From positions 703,619-767,618 of the forward strand of contig CAVOYV010000001.1 in assembly GCA_963700855.1 (NCBI GenBank): a stretch of 64,000 nucleotides of DNA, in the 5' to 3' direction. Numbering within the stretch: the stretch's first letter is position 1; each line of letters starts with the position of its first letter. Below the pieces are notes generated by a model. The model was not told the DNA's origin and ran no database searches. It saw only the letters and a list, made by a program, of their open reading frames with translations. Shown here one piece after another: positions 19,280 to 28,611 of the stretch. Source of the stretch: an uncultured Actinomycetes bacterium (lineage in GTDB: Bacteria > Actinomycetota > UBA4738 > HRBIN12). The translations under genes were made by a program, and so were the position numbers.

Positions 19280-20558
19280 GCCGTCAGCGGCTCGCGATGC
19301 GCGTGCGGGCACGGCGAAGCCCGCGCCGAGGGATGGTGCGCCGGTCCGTCCGGCCCTTCGGGTCGTGCGCCCTCCGTCACGGGGCCCGGTGCTCGATCCG
19401 GCCCGTGTCGCCCGGCGCGATCTGATGCTGCTCGGCGGCTCGGCGGCGTTCCTCACCCTGGCCGGGCTCGTGATGGTCCTGTCCGCGGGGTCCGTGTCTG
19501 CCGCGCAGGGGTACGACGGCAACAGCTTCTGGTACTTCCAGCGCCATGCCGCCTACGCGGTCGTCGGCGTCATGGTGGCGGTCCTCGTCGCGAAGGCGCC
19601 GCCCGGGATCTGGAAGGCGATCGGCCCACCGTTGCTCGGAGCGACCGCGCTGCTGATGCTGATCGCTGCGCATCCGGCGTCGGGCACATCGCTCTACGGG
19701 GCGTCACGGTGGATCGACCTGGGGCCGGTGACCCTTCAGCCGTCCGAGTTCGCGAAGCTGGGTCTCGTCGCGTTCGCGGCGACCGTCCTGGCGCGCAAGT
19801 GGGACAGGCTCGACGATCTGCAGCACCTGTTGATCCCGCTCGGTCCCGTGGTCGCGATCGTCGCGATGCTGGGTGTGGCGCAGCGAGATCTCGGGACGAC
19901 CGTGATCTTGTGCGGGTCGGTCCTCCTGCTGTTGTTCGCCGCAGGCGTTCGCCTCCGCTATCTGTTCGTGGGCGGGATGATCGGGGTCGCCGCCGCCGCC
20001 TACCTGATCGTCGGCGAGACCTACCGACGCACGAGGTTCTTCGAAGCCTGGCTCGATCCCTGGGCGACCCGCGACACCTCCGGGTATCAGCTCGTCCAAG
20101 GGCTGATCGCGTTCGGGTCCGGGGGATGGTGGGGCACCGGCCTCGGCACCAGTCGGGCCAAGTGGGACTTCCTCCCGAACGCGCACTCCGACTTCATCTA
20201 CGCCGTGATCGGCGAGGAGCTCGGCACGGTCGGCGCGATCGTGGTCCTCGTCGCGTTCGGGATCTTGATCTGGGCGGGTATCCGTATCGCCGTGCACGCC
20301 ACGGGCATCTTCGAGCGGCTCCTCGCGGCCGGGATCGTGTCGTGGATCGGTCTGCAGACGGTGATCAACATGGGGGCGGTCACCGGGCTCTTGCCGATCA
20401 CCGGAGTGCCGCTCCCGCTCGTCTCGTTCGGCGGCACCGCGCTGGTCGTCACCCTCGCGGGGATCGGAGCGCTGGCGAGCGTCGCGCGGGCGAGCGCGCG
20501 CGCGGGGTCCGGTGGGCGGGTCGATCGCTCGGGTGCCGCTCGGAAGGCGCCCTCGTGA
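19266..20558 (+). CDS. ftsW: SEDS-family lipid II flippase/peptidoglycan polymerase FtsW
   Basis: A 10-TM SEDS protein (LQPSEFAKL, PNAHSDFIYAVIGEELG, PLPLVSFGGT). ATG 19266 overlaps murD by 14 nt. Confidence 0.9.
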   Translation: MPGREPSAARDARAGTAKPAPRDGAPVRPALRVVRPPSRGPVLDPARVARRDLMLLGGSAAFLTLAGLVMVLSAGSVSAAQGYDGNSFWYFQRHAAYAVVGVMVAVLVAKAPPGIWKAIGPPLLGATALLMLIAAHPASGTSLYGASRWIDLGPVTLQPSEFAKLGLVAFAATVLARKWDRLDDLQHLLIPLGPVVAIVAMLGVAQRDLGTTVILCGSVLLLLFAAGVRLRYLFVGGMIGVAAAAYLIVGETYRRTRFFEAWLDPWATRDTSGYQLVQGLIAFGSGGWWGTGLGTSRAKWDFLPNAHSDFIYAVIGEELGTVGAIVVLVAFGILIWAGIRIAVHATGIFERLLAAGIVSWIGLQTVINMGAVTGLLPITGVPLPLVSFGGTALVVTLAGIGALASVARASARAGSGGRVDRSGAARKAPS

Positions 20559-21649
20559 ACGTGGTCCTCGCGGGCGGTGGGACCGCGGGCCACGTCTTCC
20601 CCGCGATCGCCGTCGCCGGCGAGCTCAGGGGTCGCGGCGCCGATGTGACGTTCATCGGGGCAGGAGACGGGCAAGAGGCGTCCCTCGTCCCCGACGCCGG
20701 GTACCGCTTCGTCCCGGTCCGGGCGATCTCGGCGCAGACCCGGCTGTCGTTGCGCTCTGCGAGGGCCGTGATGCTCGCGGTCCGGGGGGCACGGACCGTC
20801 CGCCCGATCGTCGCCCCCGCCGACGTGGTGATCGGGTTCGGCGGGTTCGCGAGCGCTCCAGGCGTCCTCGCTGCCCGCTCGACGTCGCGACCCTTGCTGC
20901 TGATCGAACAGAACAGCGTCCCTGGCGCGGTCAACCGGATCGCCGCTCGCTGGGCGAAGGTGGTGGCGACGACGTTCGAGGCGACCGCCGCCCGGCTCCC
21001 GCGTGATCTCCGTGTCGAGCGGACCGGGAACCCGATCCGCCCGGAGATCGTGGCCGTGCCCGCCCGCAAGGAGTCGCTCGCGAAGGAGGCGATCGCCACG
21101 TTCGGCCTTGAGGAGGATCGCCGGACCGTCCTGGTGGTCGGAGGCAGCCTGGGCGCGCTCCATCTCGACGAGACGGTGGCGGGGGCGCTCCCGTTGTTCG
21201 AGGGGCGCGGTGACCTCCAGCTCCTGGTGAGCACCGGACCCGAGCACGAGGACGTGGTCGCCGGACCCGCCGCCACCGCGCCCGTGCCGGTGCGCGTCGT
21301 CCCGTTCATCGAGCGGATGGACCTCGCCCTCGCGGTCGCGGAACTCGTCGTGTCGCGCTCGGGGGCCGGCGTGGCCGAGCTCGCGGCGTGCGGGCTGCCG
21401 TCGATCTTGGTCCCGTACCCCTTCGCGACCGAGAACCATCAGGAGGCGAACGCCCGAGAGGTGGTGCACGCGGGTGCCGCGACGCTGCTGCTCGATGCCG
21501 ACCTGTCGGCGGAGCGGCTCGTATCGGGCATCCTTGCGCTCATGGACGACCGAGCACGGTTGGAGGCCATGGGGGCGGCGGCGCGAGCGTGGGCTCGGCC
21601 GGACGCCGCCCGACAGATCGCAGATCTCGTCGAGGAGGTCGTCCATTGA
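20555..21649 (+). CDS. murG: UDP-GlcNAc--lipid I GlcNAc transferase
   Basis: LAGGGTAGHVFPA and VSRSGAGVAELA. GTGA overlap with ftsW. Confidence 0.9.
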   Translation: MNVVLAGGGTAGHVFPAIAVAGELRGRGADVTFIGAGDGQEASLVPDAGYRFVPVRAISAQTRLSLRSARAVMLAVRGARTVRPIVAPADVVIGFGGFASAPGVLAARSTSRPLLLIEQNSVPGAVNRIAARWAKVVATTFEATAARLPRDLRVERTGNPIRPEIVAVPARKESLAKEAIATFGLEEDRRTVLVVGGSLGALHLDETVAGALPLFEGRGDLQLLVSTGPEHEDVVAGPAATAPVPVRVVPFIERMDLALAVAELVVSRSGAGVAELAACGLPSILVPYPFATENHQEANAREVVHAGAATLLLDADLSAERLVSGILALMDDRARLEAMGAAARAWARPDAARQIADLVEEVVH

Positions 21650-23094
21650 ACTGGCGCCTGTGGTCCCCCCCGGCCGGTTCGATCCCGACGCTCGGGGTCC
21701 CCTCCCTGGAGGGCGTCCGTTCGGTCCACCTCGTCGGCGTGGGTGGTGCGGGGATGCGGAACCTCGCACGGATGTTCCTGGCACGAGGTCTCGAGGTGAG
21801 CGGGTCCGACATCAAGGATTCGGCGTACCTTCGCGAGCTCGCCGGGGTCGGCGTCCGCGTCGACGTCGGCCACGATCCCTCCCGACTGGGGACGCCCGAC
21901 GTGGTCGTGATCTCGAGCGCGATCCCGGCGTCCAACCCCGAGTTCGAGGAGGCGAGACGGCGCTCGATCCCCGTGTGGAGGCGGCAGCAGGCGCTCGCCG
22001 CGCTCGCGCACGGACATCGCGTCGTGGCGATCGCGGGCACCCATGGGAAGACGACGACGACCTCGCTCGTGGCGTCGGCGCTGCGGCACGCGGGGGTGGA
22101 TCCGAGTTACCTCGTGGGTGGCGATATGAACGAGAGCGGCAGCGGCGCCCACCACGGCGCGGGCGACCTGTTCGTGTTCGAGGCCGACGAGAGCGACGGC
22201 TCCTTCCTGCTGACCCCGGCGTGGGTCGGCGTCGTCACGAACGTCGATCTGGATCACGTCGATTTCTACATGGGCGGACTCGAGGAGGTCGTGCGCGCGT
22301 TCGCCGAGTTCGTCGCGCGATGCGACCACGTGATCGCCTGGGGCGATGATCCGGACCTTGCCCGCGCGCTCGATCTCGCAGGGATCCGGGCAACCACCTA
22401 CGGGGAGGATCCGGACAACGACGTGGTCGTCCGTGTCGCGGGTCTCGGGCCGCACGGAGCCCGAGGTTCGCTGACGTTCGTCGACACGGGCGAAGACGTG
22501 GAGATCGCGCTGCAGGTCGACGGTCCCCACAACCTCCTGAACGCGGCGGCGGCGATCACCGTGGCGCGGCTGGCAGGGGTGGACCCGCTGGTGGCAGCGG
22601 AGGGTGTCGCGACCTTCGAGGGGGTGCATCGCCGCTTCGAGCTCCGAGGACGGATCCGCGGAGCCGACTTCTACGACGACTACGGCCACACGCCCGAGGA
22701 GATGGCGGTGACGATCGCGACCGCTCGTCGCAGGCAGCCCCGTCGCCTGATCGCGCTCGTCCAGCCGCATCGGTACTCCCGGGTGCAGGCGCTCTGGCGC
22801 GAGCTGGGCGCGAGCGTCGCGGACGCGGATCTCGTGATCGTGACCGACGTCTACGGCGCGGCGCAGCAACCGATCCCCGGCGTGACCGGGAAGCTGGTCG
22901 TCGACGGCGTACAGCTGGCGTCCCCGGGTCGCAGGACCGTCTACCTGCCGCATCGGCGCGACGTGGTCGCCTTCTTGGATCGAGAGGTGGAAGAGGGCGA
23001 TCTCGTGGTGACGATGGGGTGCGGCGACGTGTGGATGCTCGGGGACGCCGCCGTCGCGCGGATCCGCGAGCACGACGCGGAGGCTGCCCGGTGA
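21646..23094 (+). CDS. murC: UDP-N-acetylmuramate--L-alanine ligase
   Basis: VGVGGAGM and AIAGTHGKTTTT. TTG 21646 overlaps the murG stop; a later GTG near 21715 is an alternative start. Confidence 0.9.
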   Translation: MNWRLWSPPAGSIPTLGVPSLEGVRSVHLVGVGGAGMRNLARMFLARGLEVSGSDIKDSAYLRELAGVGVRVDVGHDPSRLGTPDVVVISSAIPASNPEFEEARRRSIPVWRRQQALAALAHGHRVVAIAGTHGKTTTTSLVASALRHAGVDPSYLVGGDMNESGSGAHHGAGDLFVFEADESDGSFLLTPAWVGVVTNVDLDHVDFYMGGLEEVVRAFAEFVARCDHVIAWGDDPDLARALDLAGIRATTYGEDPDNDVVVRVAGLGPHGARGSLTFVDTGEDVEIALQVDGPHNLLNAAAAITVARLAGVDPLVAAEGVATFEGVHRRFELRGRIRGADFYDDYGHTPEEMAVTIATARRRQPRRLIALVQPHRYSRVQALWRELGASVADADLVIVTDVYGAAQQPIPGVTGKLVVDGVQLASPGRRTVYLPHRRDVVAFLDREVEEGDLVVTMGCGDVWMLGDAAVARIREHDAEAAR

Positions 23095-24017
23095 CCGAGG
23101 CCCTCGAACGCGCAGCCGCGATCATCGGCGAGACGGTCGGCGACCGTCTGCGGACGGGGTTCACGATGGCACCGCTGACGACGTTCCGGATCGGTGGCCC
23201 CGCGGCCTTGTACCTCGAACCGGAGGACGATGGGGACCTGGAGGCCGTGGGGCGGGCGCTCGTGGAGACCCGCATCCCCGTCGCCACCGTGGGCAAGGGT
23301 TCGAACGTCCTCGTGCCCGACGAGGGCTTCCCCGGCCTCGTGATCCGACTGGGGCGAGGGTACCGATGGGCTGCTCGGGACGGGGACAGGTTGATCGCGG
23401 GGGGTGCGATGCCTCTGCCAGCCCTGTCGGGTGTCGCGCTCCGGCACGGGCTCGAGGGGCTCGAGTTCGGTGTGGCGATCCCCGCGACCCTCGGTGGCGC
23501 CGTGCGGATGAACGCGGGGGCGCACGGCCGTGAGATGGCGGACGCGCTGGAGACGATCGATCTGTTCGTGCTCTCCGAGGGGCAGCGGGTCGCCGTCGCG
23601 GCCGACGCCGCCGGGTTCTCGTACCGTCGCTCCCGGCTGCCCCGAGACGGTGTCGTCGTCGCCGCCACCGTCCTGCTGGCTCCGGGCGATCCCGCCCGGA
23701 TCCGCGAGGCGATGGAGGCGGCCCGCGATTGGCGTCGTCGGACGCAGCCGCTCGCCGAACCGAACTGCGGGAGCGTCTTCAAGAACCCACCCGGCGACCA
23801 CGCGGCGAGACTGATCGACGCTGCGGGCCTGAAGGGGACGAGGATCGGGGGCGCGCACGTCTCCGAGAAGCACGCGAACTTCATCGTGGCGACCCCCGGT
23901 GCGACCGCCCACGACGTGGTCACCTTGATCGATCTGGTGCGGACCCGCGTGCGCGACGATGCCGGGGTCGACCTCGAGCCCGAGGTACGGCTCCTGGAGC
24001 CGGCGCCCGATGGCTGA
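23091..24017 (+). CDS. murB: UDP-N-acetylenolpyruvoylglucosamine reductase
   Basis: FAD-binding TTFRIGGPA, GKGSNVLV and NCGSVFKNP. GTGA overlap with murC. Confidence 0.9.
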   Translation: MTEALERAAAIIGETVGDRLRTGFTMAPLTTFRIGGPAALYLEPEDDGDLEAVGRALVETRIPVATVGKGSNVLVPDEGFPGLVIRLGRGYRWAARDGDRLIAGGAMPLPALSGVALRHGLEGLEFGVAIPATLGGAVRMNAGAHGREMADALETIDLFVLSEGQRVAVAADAAGFSYRRSRLPRDGVVVAATVLLAPGDPARIREAMEAARDWRRRTQPLAEPNCGSVFKNPPGDHAARLIDAAGLKGTRIGGAHVSEKHANFIVATPGATAHDVVTLIDLVRTRVRDDAGVDLEPEVRLLEPAPDG

Positions 24018-24744
24018 CCGCGTCGTACCGGGACGCCGGGCCGGGGTCGCCGCGCGGCGCAAGAGGCTGGCCGCGATGGGTGGTGCCATGGTCCTCCTGG
24101 TCGCGACCGTGGTGGTCGCGACGTACACACCGCTGTTCGGCGTCGACGAGATCAGGGTCGAGGGAGTCGCGACGCTCTCGGCCGACGAGGTCGTCGCGCT
24201 GGCAGGGGTCGGGGAGGGGACGAACGTCGTGCACCTGGACACCGGTGCCGTGGAGGACGCCCTCGAGCAGGACCCGTGGATCATGCGCGCCACGGTGACC
24301 CGGGATCTCCCCACGACGATCGTCGTGCACGTCCTCGAGCGATCGCCCGTGGTCGCGGCGGGGTCCGAGGCCCTCGCCGAGGACGCGACCGTCCTCCCGG
24401 GCGCGGGTACGCGGAGGCTCCCCGTCCTCGAAGCCGTCGCGGGGGAGCTCGGGCCGGACGATCTGCGTGCCGGGGCTGCGGCGGCCGGCGCGATGGCCCC
24501 GCCCGTGCGCGGACGTGTGGCCTCGATCCTCGTCGAGGCCGACGAGGATCTCGTGCTCCTGCTCGACGACGGGGTCACGGTGTTCTACGGGGCTCCGGGA
24601 GGAGATGCGGAGAAGGCCGAAGCCCTGGGAGCCCTGCTCGCCTGGGCGCAGGGGGAGGGTGTCGGGCTCGCGTCCGCCGACATCTCGGTCCCGGCCGCCC
24701 CGACCGCGCGCCCCCTCGGGGGAGCCTCGACCGCCGTGCCGTAA
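24010..24744 (+). CDS. ftsQ: Cell division protein FtsQ (POTRA domain)
   Basis: A TM helix, then a POTRA-like segment (IRVEGVATLSADEVVALAG ... DPWIMRATVTRDLPTTIVVHVLER). 8-nt overlap with murB. Confidence 0.75.
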   Translation: MADRVVPGRRAGVAARRKRLAAMGGAMVLLVATVVVATYTPLFGVDEIRVEGVATLSADEVVALAGVGEGTNVVHLDTGAVEDALEQDPWIMRATVTRDLPTTIVVHVLERSPVVAAGSEALAEDATVLPGAGTRRLPVLEAVAGELGPDDLRAGAAAAGAMAPPVRGRVASILVEADEDLVLLLDDGVTVFYGAPGGDAEKAEALGALLAWAQGEGVGLASADISVPAAPTARPLGGASTAVP

Positions 24745-24792
24745 CTGTCACCGGAACCCAGAACCCGATGGTTCGGATGTCCCGGTCTAGGC

Positions 24793-24850
24793 TTGACGAC
24801 CCCGTCTCTTCCTAGTAGGTTGCCAACCTTGACTGGAGGTAGATATAACA
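24793..24850 (+). promoter_or_regulatory. Candidate ftsZ promoters in the AT-richest stretch of the window
   Basis: TTGACG (24793)-17-TAGGTT, and TTGCCA (24820)-18-TATAAC (24844), inside a 239-bp ftsQ-ftsZ spacer. Confidence 0.35.
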
Positions 24851-24983
24851 ATAAACCTCTGGTTAAGGGTCAGACTTCGAGGAGAGGAACGGCGTTTCCC
24901 CAGGTAGGCGGGCCAAGGCCGGGATGGCCGGCGAGCCGAGAACCACGGCCGAAGGCGGAGGACCCGCTCGGAGGATCAGGGAC

Positions 24984-26138
24984 ATGATGGACACTCCCCA
25001 GAACTACCTCGCCGTCATCAAGGTCGTCGGGATCGGCGGCGGCGGCGTGAACGCGGTGAACCGGATGATCGAGGCAGGCCTCCGGGGCGTCGAGTTCATC
25101 GCCGTCAACACCGACGCGCAGACCCTCTTGATGTCCGACGCCGAGGTGAAGCTCGACATCGGCCGGGAGACCACCCGCGGGCTCGGAGCCGGTTCGGACC
25201 CGGAGGTCGGCAAGCACGCCTCGGACGAACATGCCGACGAGATCGAAGAGATCCTCAAGGGCGCGGACATGGTGTTCATCACCGCCGGCGAGGGTGGTGG
25301 CACCGGCACCGGCGGCGCGCCGGTGATCGCGGAGATCGCCCGGAACCTCGGCGCGCTCACGATCGGTGTGGTCACGCGGCCCTTCGGTTTCGAGGGGCGC
25401 ACGCGGGCGACCCAGGCCGATCTCGGTATCACGGAACTGAAGAAGGCGGTCGACACCCTGATCGTCGTTCCGAACGACCGCTTGCTCCAGGTGGCCGACC
25501 CGTCGATGCCGATGGTCGACGCGTTCCGGATGGCCGACCAGGTCCTGTATCAAGGGGTCGACGGCATCACGTCGCTGATCACCACGCCCGGGCTGATCAA
25601 CCTCGACTTCGCAGACGTGAAGTCGGTGATGTCCGGCGCGGGATCTGCGCTGATGGGCATCGGGATCGGTTCGGGCCAGGACCGGGCGACGGAGGCGGCG
25701 AAGTCGGCGATCTCCAGCCCGCTGCTCGAGTCGTCGATCGACGGCGCGAAGGGCGTCCTGTTGTCGATCGCGGGTCCGACCGACCTCACCTTGCACGAGG
25801 TGAACGCCGCGGCCGACGCGATCACGCGTGTCGCACACCCGGACGCGAACATCATCTTCGGCGCCGTCGTCGACGATGCACTCGGGGAGGAGGTCCGCGT
25901 CACCGTCGTCGCGGCAGGCTTCGACAAGACCAGCCCGGTTGCCGGTGACAGCCGGTTCGAGAGCAGGCTCTCGCGTCTGCTCGAGGAGCCGGTCCGTGCC
26001 GAGGCCGACGAGCCTGAACCAGCGCTCCCATCGATCCTGCAGGACGAGGCCGACGTCTTCGCCGCCGACGCCGACGTCGCGCCCGTGTCGTTCGATGCCG
26101 AGGAAGACCTGGACATCCCGGACTTCCTCAAGAGTTGA
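24984..26138 (+). CDS. ftsZ: Cell division GTPase FtsZ
   Basis: [11 protein letters not shown] and [17 protein letters not shown] lies 8 nt before ATG 24984; the listed ORF starts at 24924. Confidence 0.95.
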   Translation: MMDTPQNYLAVIKVVGIGGGGVNAVNRMIEAGLRGVEFIAVNTDAQTLLMSDAEVKLDIGRETTRGLGAGSDPEVGKHASDEHADEIEEILKGADMVFITAGEGGGTGTGGAPVIAEIARNLGALTIGVVTRPFGFEGRTRATQADLGITELKKAVDTLIVVPNDRLLQVADPSMPMVDAFRMADQVLYQGVDGITSLITTPGLINLDFADVKSVMSGAGSALMGIGIGSGQDRATEAAKSAISSPLLESSIDGAKGVLLSIAGPTDLTLHEVNAAADAITRVAHPDANIIFGAVVDDALGEEVRVTVVAAGFDKTSPVAGDSRFESRLSRLLEEPVRAEADEPEPALPSILQDEADVFAADADVAPVSFDAEEDLDIPDFLKS

Positions 26139-26257
26139 GCGGTCTTCCCGCCGCTCCCGCGCGGCCCCGCGCACGGGGCGGGGGCCACGGACCCGAGAGG
26201 CGACCTTCCCCCGCCTCCCGGCCGGGGCACCCCGCCCCTCTTCTCTATGCTCGGGAC

Positions 26258-26962
26258 ATGCTCGGCAGCCGTGAGGAGATCGAGGCGAACCTGCACGCGA
26301 TCGGATCGCGGATCGCCGCCGCCGCTTCCCGGGCGGGCAGGGACCCGGGCGAAGTGCTGCTGGTCGGAGCCGCGAAGACGGTGCCGGCCGAGGTCGTCGG
26401 CTGGGCGGTGCAGGCGGGTCTGCGCGCGGTCGGCGAGAACTACGTACAAGAGCTGCGCGAGAAGCGTCCCACCCTCGACGACGCGACGCCCGATCGTCGG
26501 GTCCGCTGGCACTACATCGGGACCCTCCGGTCGGGTACTGCTCACCACGTCGCCGACCTGGCCGACGTGGTCGAGACGGTCGCGGGTGAGCGGGCCGCAC
26601 GGCGACTCGCAGGCCGAGCCGCTCGAGCCGGCCGTGTGCTCGATGTCTTCCTCGAGGTCGATTTCACGGGTGAACGGTCGGGCATCGCTCCCGACGACGT
26701 CGCGACCGCCGCGGCGATGGTCGCCGAGCTCGAGGGTCTCCGGCTGCGAGGACTGATGACGATCCCGCCGGTCGCATCGACCGCCGAGGGAGCCCGGACG
26801 TGGTTCGCACGGCTGCGTGAACAGCGGGAGAGGCTCCGAACGACGTTCCCCGATGTGCTGGACCTGTCGATGGGGATGTCGTTGGATTACGAGGTCGCGA
26901 TCGAAGAAGGCGCTACCATCGTCCGCATCGGAACGGCGTTGTTCGGCCCGAGGACGGCGTAA
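26258..26962 (+). CDS. yggS: YggS/YlmE-family PLP homeostasis protein
   Basis: VGAAKTV (PLP lysine), WHYIG, LSMGMSLDYEVAIEEG and IVRIGTALFG. Confidence 0.85.
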   Translation: MLGSREEIEANLHAIGSRIAAAASRAGRDPGEVLLVGAAKTVPAEVVGWAVQAGLRAVGENYVQELREKRPTLDDATPDRRVRWHYIGTLRSGTAHHVADLADVVETVAGERAARRLAGRAARAGRVLDVFLEVDFTGERSGIAPDDVATAAAMVAELEGLRLRGLMTIPPVASTAEGARTWFARLREQRERLRTTFPDVLDLSMGMSLDYEVAIEEGATIVRIGTALFGPRTA

Positions 26963-26982
26963 CGCGAGGAGGACGTGCGAGG

Positions 26983-27456
26983 ATGGCCGGCGTGTGGAAG
27001 AAGACACTGAACTACCTCGGGCTCGTCGAGGACGAAGAGAGCTTCGTCGACGAGATGCCCGAGGCCGAGCCCGCGCCGGTCCGTCGTATGAAGCCGCAGG
27101 CGGTTCGCGACATCCCCGCGGAGACCGAGGGGGTCGTGCGCACGATCGCCTCGCCGCGCCCGGCCCCGGTCGTCGCGACGGGTGCGATCCACAAGTCCGA
27201 ACCGAAGCGTTTCAACGAGGCCCGCGAGGTGGCCGACCGGTTCAAGGAAGGGACCGCGGTCATCATGAACCTCCAGTCCACCGAGGACTCGATCGCCCGA
27301 CGGCTGGTCGACTTCGCGTCGGGGCTCGTCTACGGGCTCGACGGGAAGATCGAACTCGTCGCGAACCGCGTGTACCTGCTGACGCCCGCGAACGTCGAGG
27401 TCTCTGCGGAAGACCGCGAGCGGATCGCCGGCGGCGCCTTCTACAACCAGTTCTGA
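26983..27456 (+). CDS. sepF: Cell division protein SepF
   Basis: MAGVWKKTLNYLGLVEDEE N-terminus and a conserved C-domain (FNEAREVADRFKEGTAVIMNL). Confidence 0.9.
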   Translation: MAGVWKKTLNYLGLVEDEESFVDEMPEAEPAPVRRMKPQAVRDIPAETEGVVRTIASPRPAPVVATGAIHKSEPKRFNEAREVADRFKEGTAVIMNLQSTEDSIARRLVDFASGLVYGLDGKIELVANRVYLLTPANVEVSAEDRERIAGGAFYNQF

Positions 27457-27538
27457 CGGGCCGGGCCGCAGGGCTCGGGGCCGTCCCGAACCGGTCCCCC
27501 GAGCCGTCCTGCTAGCCTTCCCCGCCGATGATGAGGTC

Positions 27539-27805
27539 ATGAACCCGTTCCTCCGCCTGCTCTGCGTCGCCCTGACGGTCTTCGAGATCGTGCTGCTGAT
27601 CCGCGTCGTGGTGTCGTGGCTCGAGGTGTTCGGGATCCGGCCGCCGATCACGGGGCCGTTGCGGTCGGCCTACGATCTGCTCCACGATGTGACGGAGCCG
27701 ATCCTGCGACCGCTCCGACGGATCGTCCCGCCCGCGGGGATGTTCGATCTGTCGGTGGTCGTGGCGTTCGTGATCATCCTGGTGTTGCAGAACGCGATCT
27801 GTTGA
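27539..27805 (+). CDS. YggT-family membrane protein
   Basis: 88 aa with two TM helices and LIRVVVSWL ... PLRRIVPP. Confidence 0.85.
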   Translation: MNPFLRLLCVALTVFEIVLLIRVVVSWLEVFGIRPPITGPLRSAYDLLHDVTEPILRPLRRIVPPAGMFDLSVVVAFVIILVLQNAIC

Positions 27806-27840
27806 GGCCGTCGAGCCGGTCGACGATCGAGGAGGACGTG

Positions 27841-28608
27841 ATGAGCGACAGCACGGCGAAGGGCACGGCGCCCGCGGGAACCCCTCGCGTGGTGACTCCG
27901 CTCGAGATCCAGCAGAAGGAGTTCGCGGTGTCTCGTTTCGGGGGCTACCGCATGAAGGACGTCGACGAGTTCCTCGATGCCCTCACCGAGTCGGCCACGG
28001 CGTTGCTCGCCGAGAACGAGCGTCTCCGCCGCCAGGCGGGTGCGACGTCCGCGATCGTGGGCGCTCCCGACCTCCAGGACGTCTCGCGTCAGGCCGACGA
28101 GATCATCCAGCGCGCCCGCGACGAGGCCGCGCGGATCGTGGCCGAGGCGAAGGAGCGCTCGGCGAGCATCGCGGGGGCCTCCGCGGCGACGGCGGTCGCG
28201 CAGGTGACGAACGAAGAGGAGCGCGCGGCCGTGAACGCGTTCCTCGCACAGGAGCGCGAGTTCCTCCAGGGCCTCGCGTCGCTCGTGCAGGGACATGCCG
28301 AGTCGGTGAAGGGGATGGCCCGCCAGGCCCGACCTGCCCCTCCGGCGCCGCCGGAGGGAACGATGGAGGCTCCCGCTGCACCCCCTGCGACCGAACCCAC
28401 GCCGGCGCGGAGTGACGAGGCCACGTCGGGTCGGGCGTCCACCACCCCCGAGCCGAAGCCTGCTTCGCCCCCCGCGGGGGAGGTCACCCAGGCGATGTCG
28501 ACGTCCGACGAGCCGATCCGGGTGGACGAGCCCGAACGTACCGGGGCGCCGAGGAAGGACGAGGGTGACCCGTCGCTGCGGGACCTGTTCTGGGGTGAGG
28601 ACGACTGA
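27841..28608 (+). CDS. divIVA: DivIVA-family protein
   Basis: TPLEIQQKEFAVSRFGGYRMKDVDEFLD and coiled coils. GGAGGA lies 4 nt upstream of ATG 27841. Confidence 0.85.
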   Translation: MSDSTAKGTAPAGTPRVVTPLEIQQKEFAVSRFGGYRMKDVDEFLDALTESATALLAENERLRRQAGATSAIVGAPDLQDVSRQADEIIQRARDEAARIVAEAKERSASIAGASAATAVAQVTNEEERAAVNAFLAQEREFLQGLASLVQGHAESVKGMARQARPAPPAPPEGTMEAPAAPPATEPTPARSDEATSGRASTTPEPKPASPPAGEVTQAMSTSDEPIRVDEPERTGAPRKDEGDPSLRDLFWGEDD

Positions 28609-28611
28609 GTC

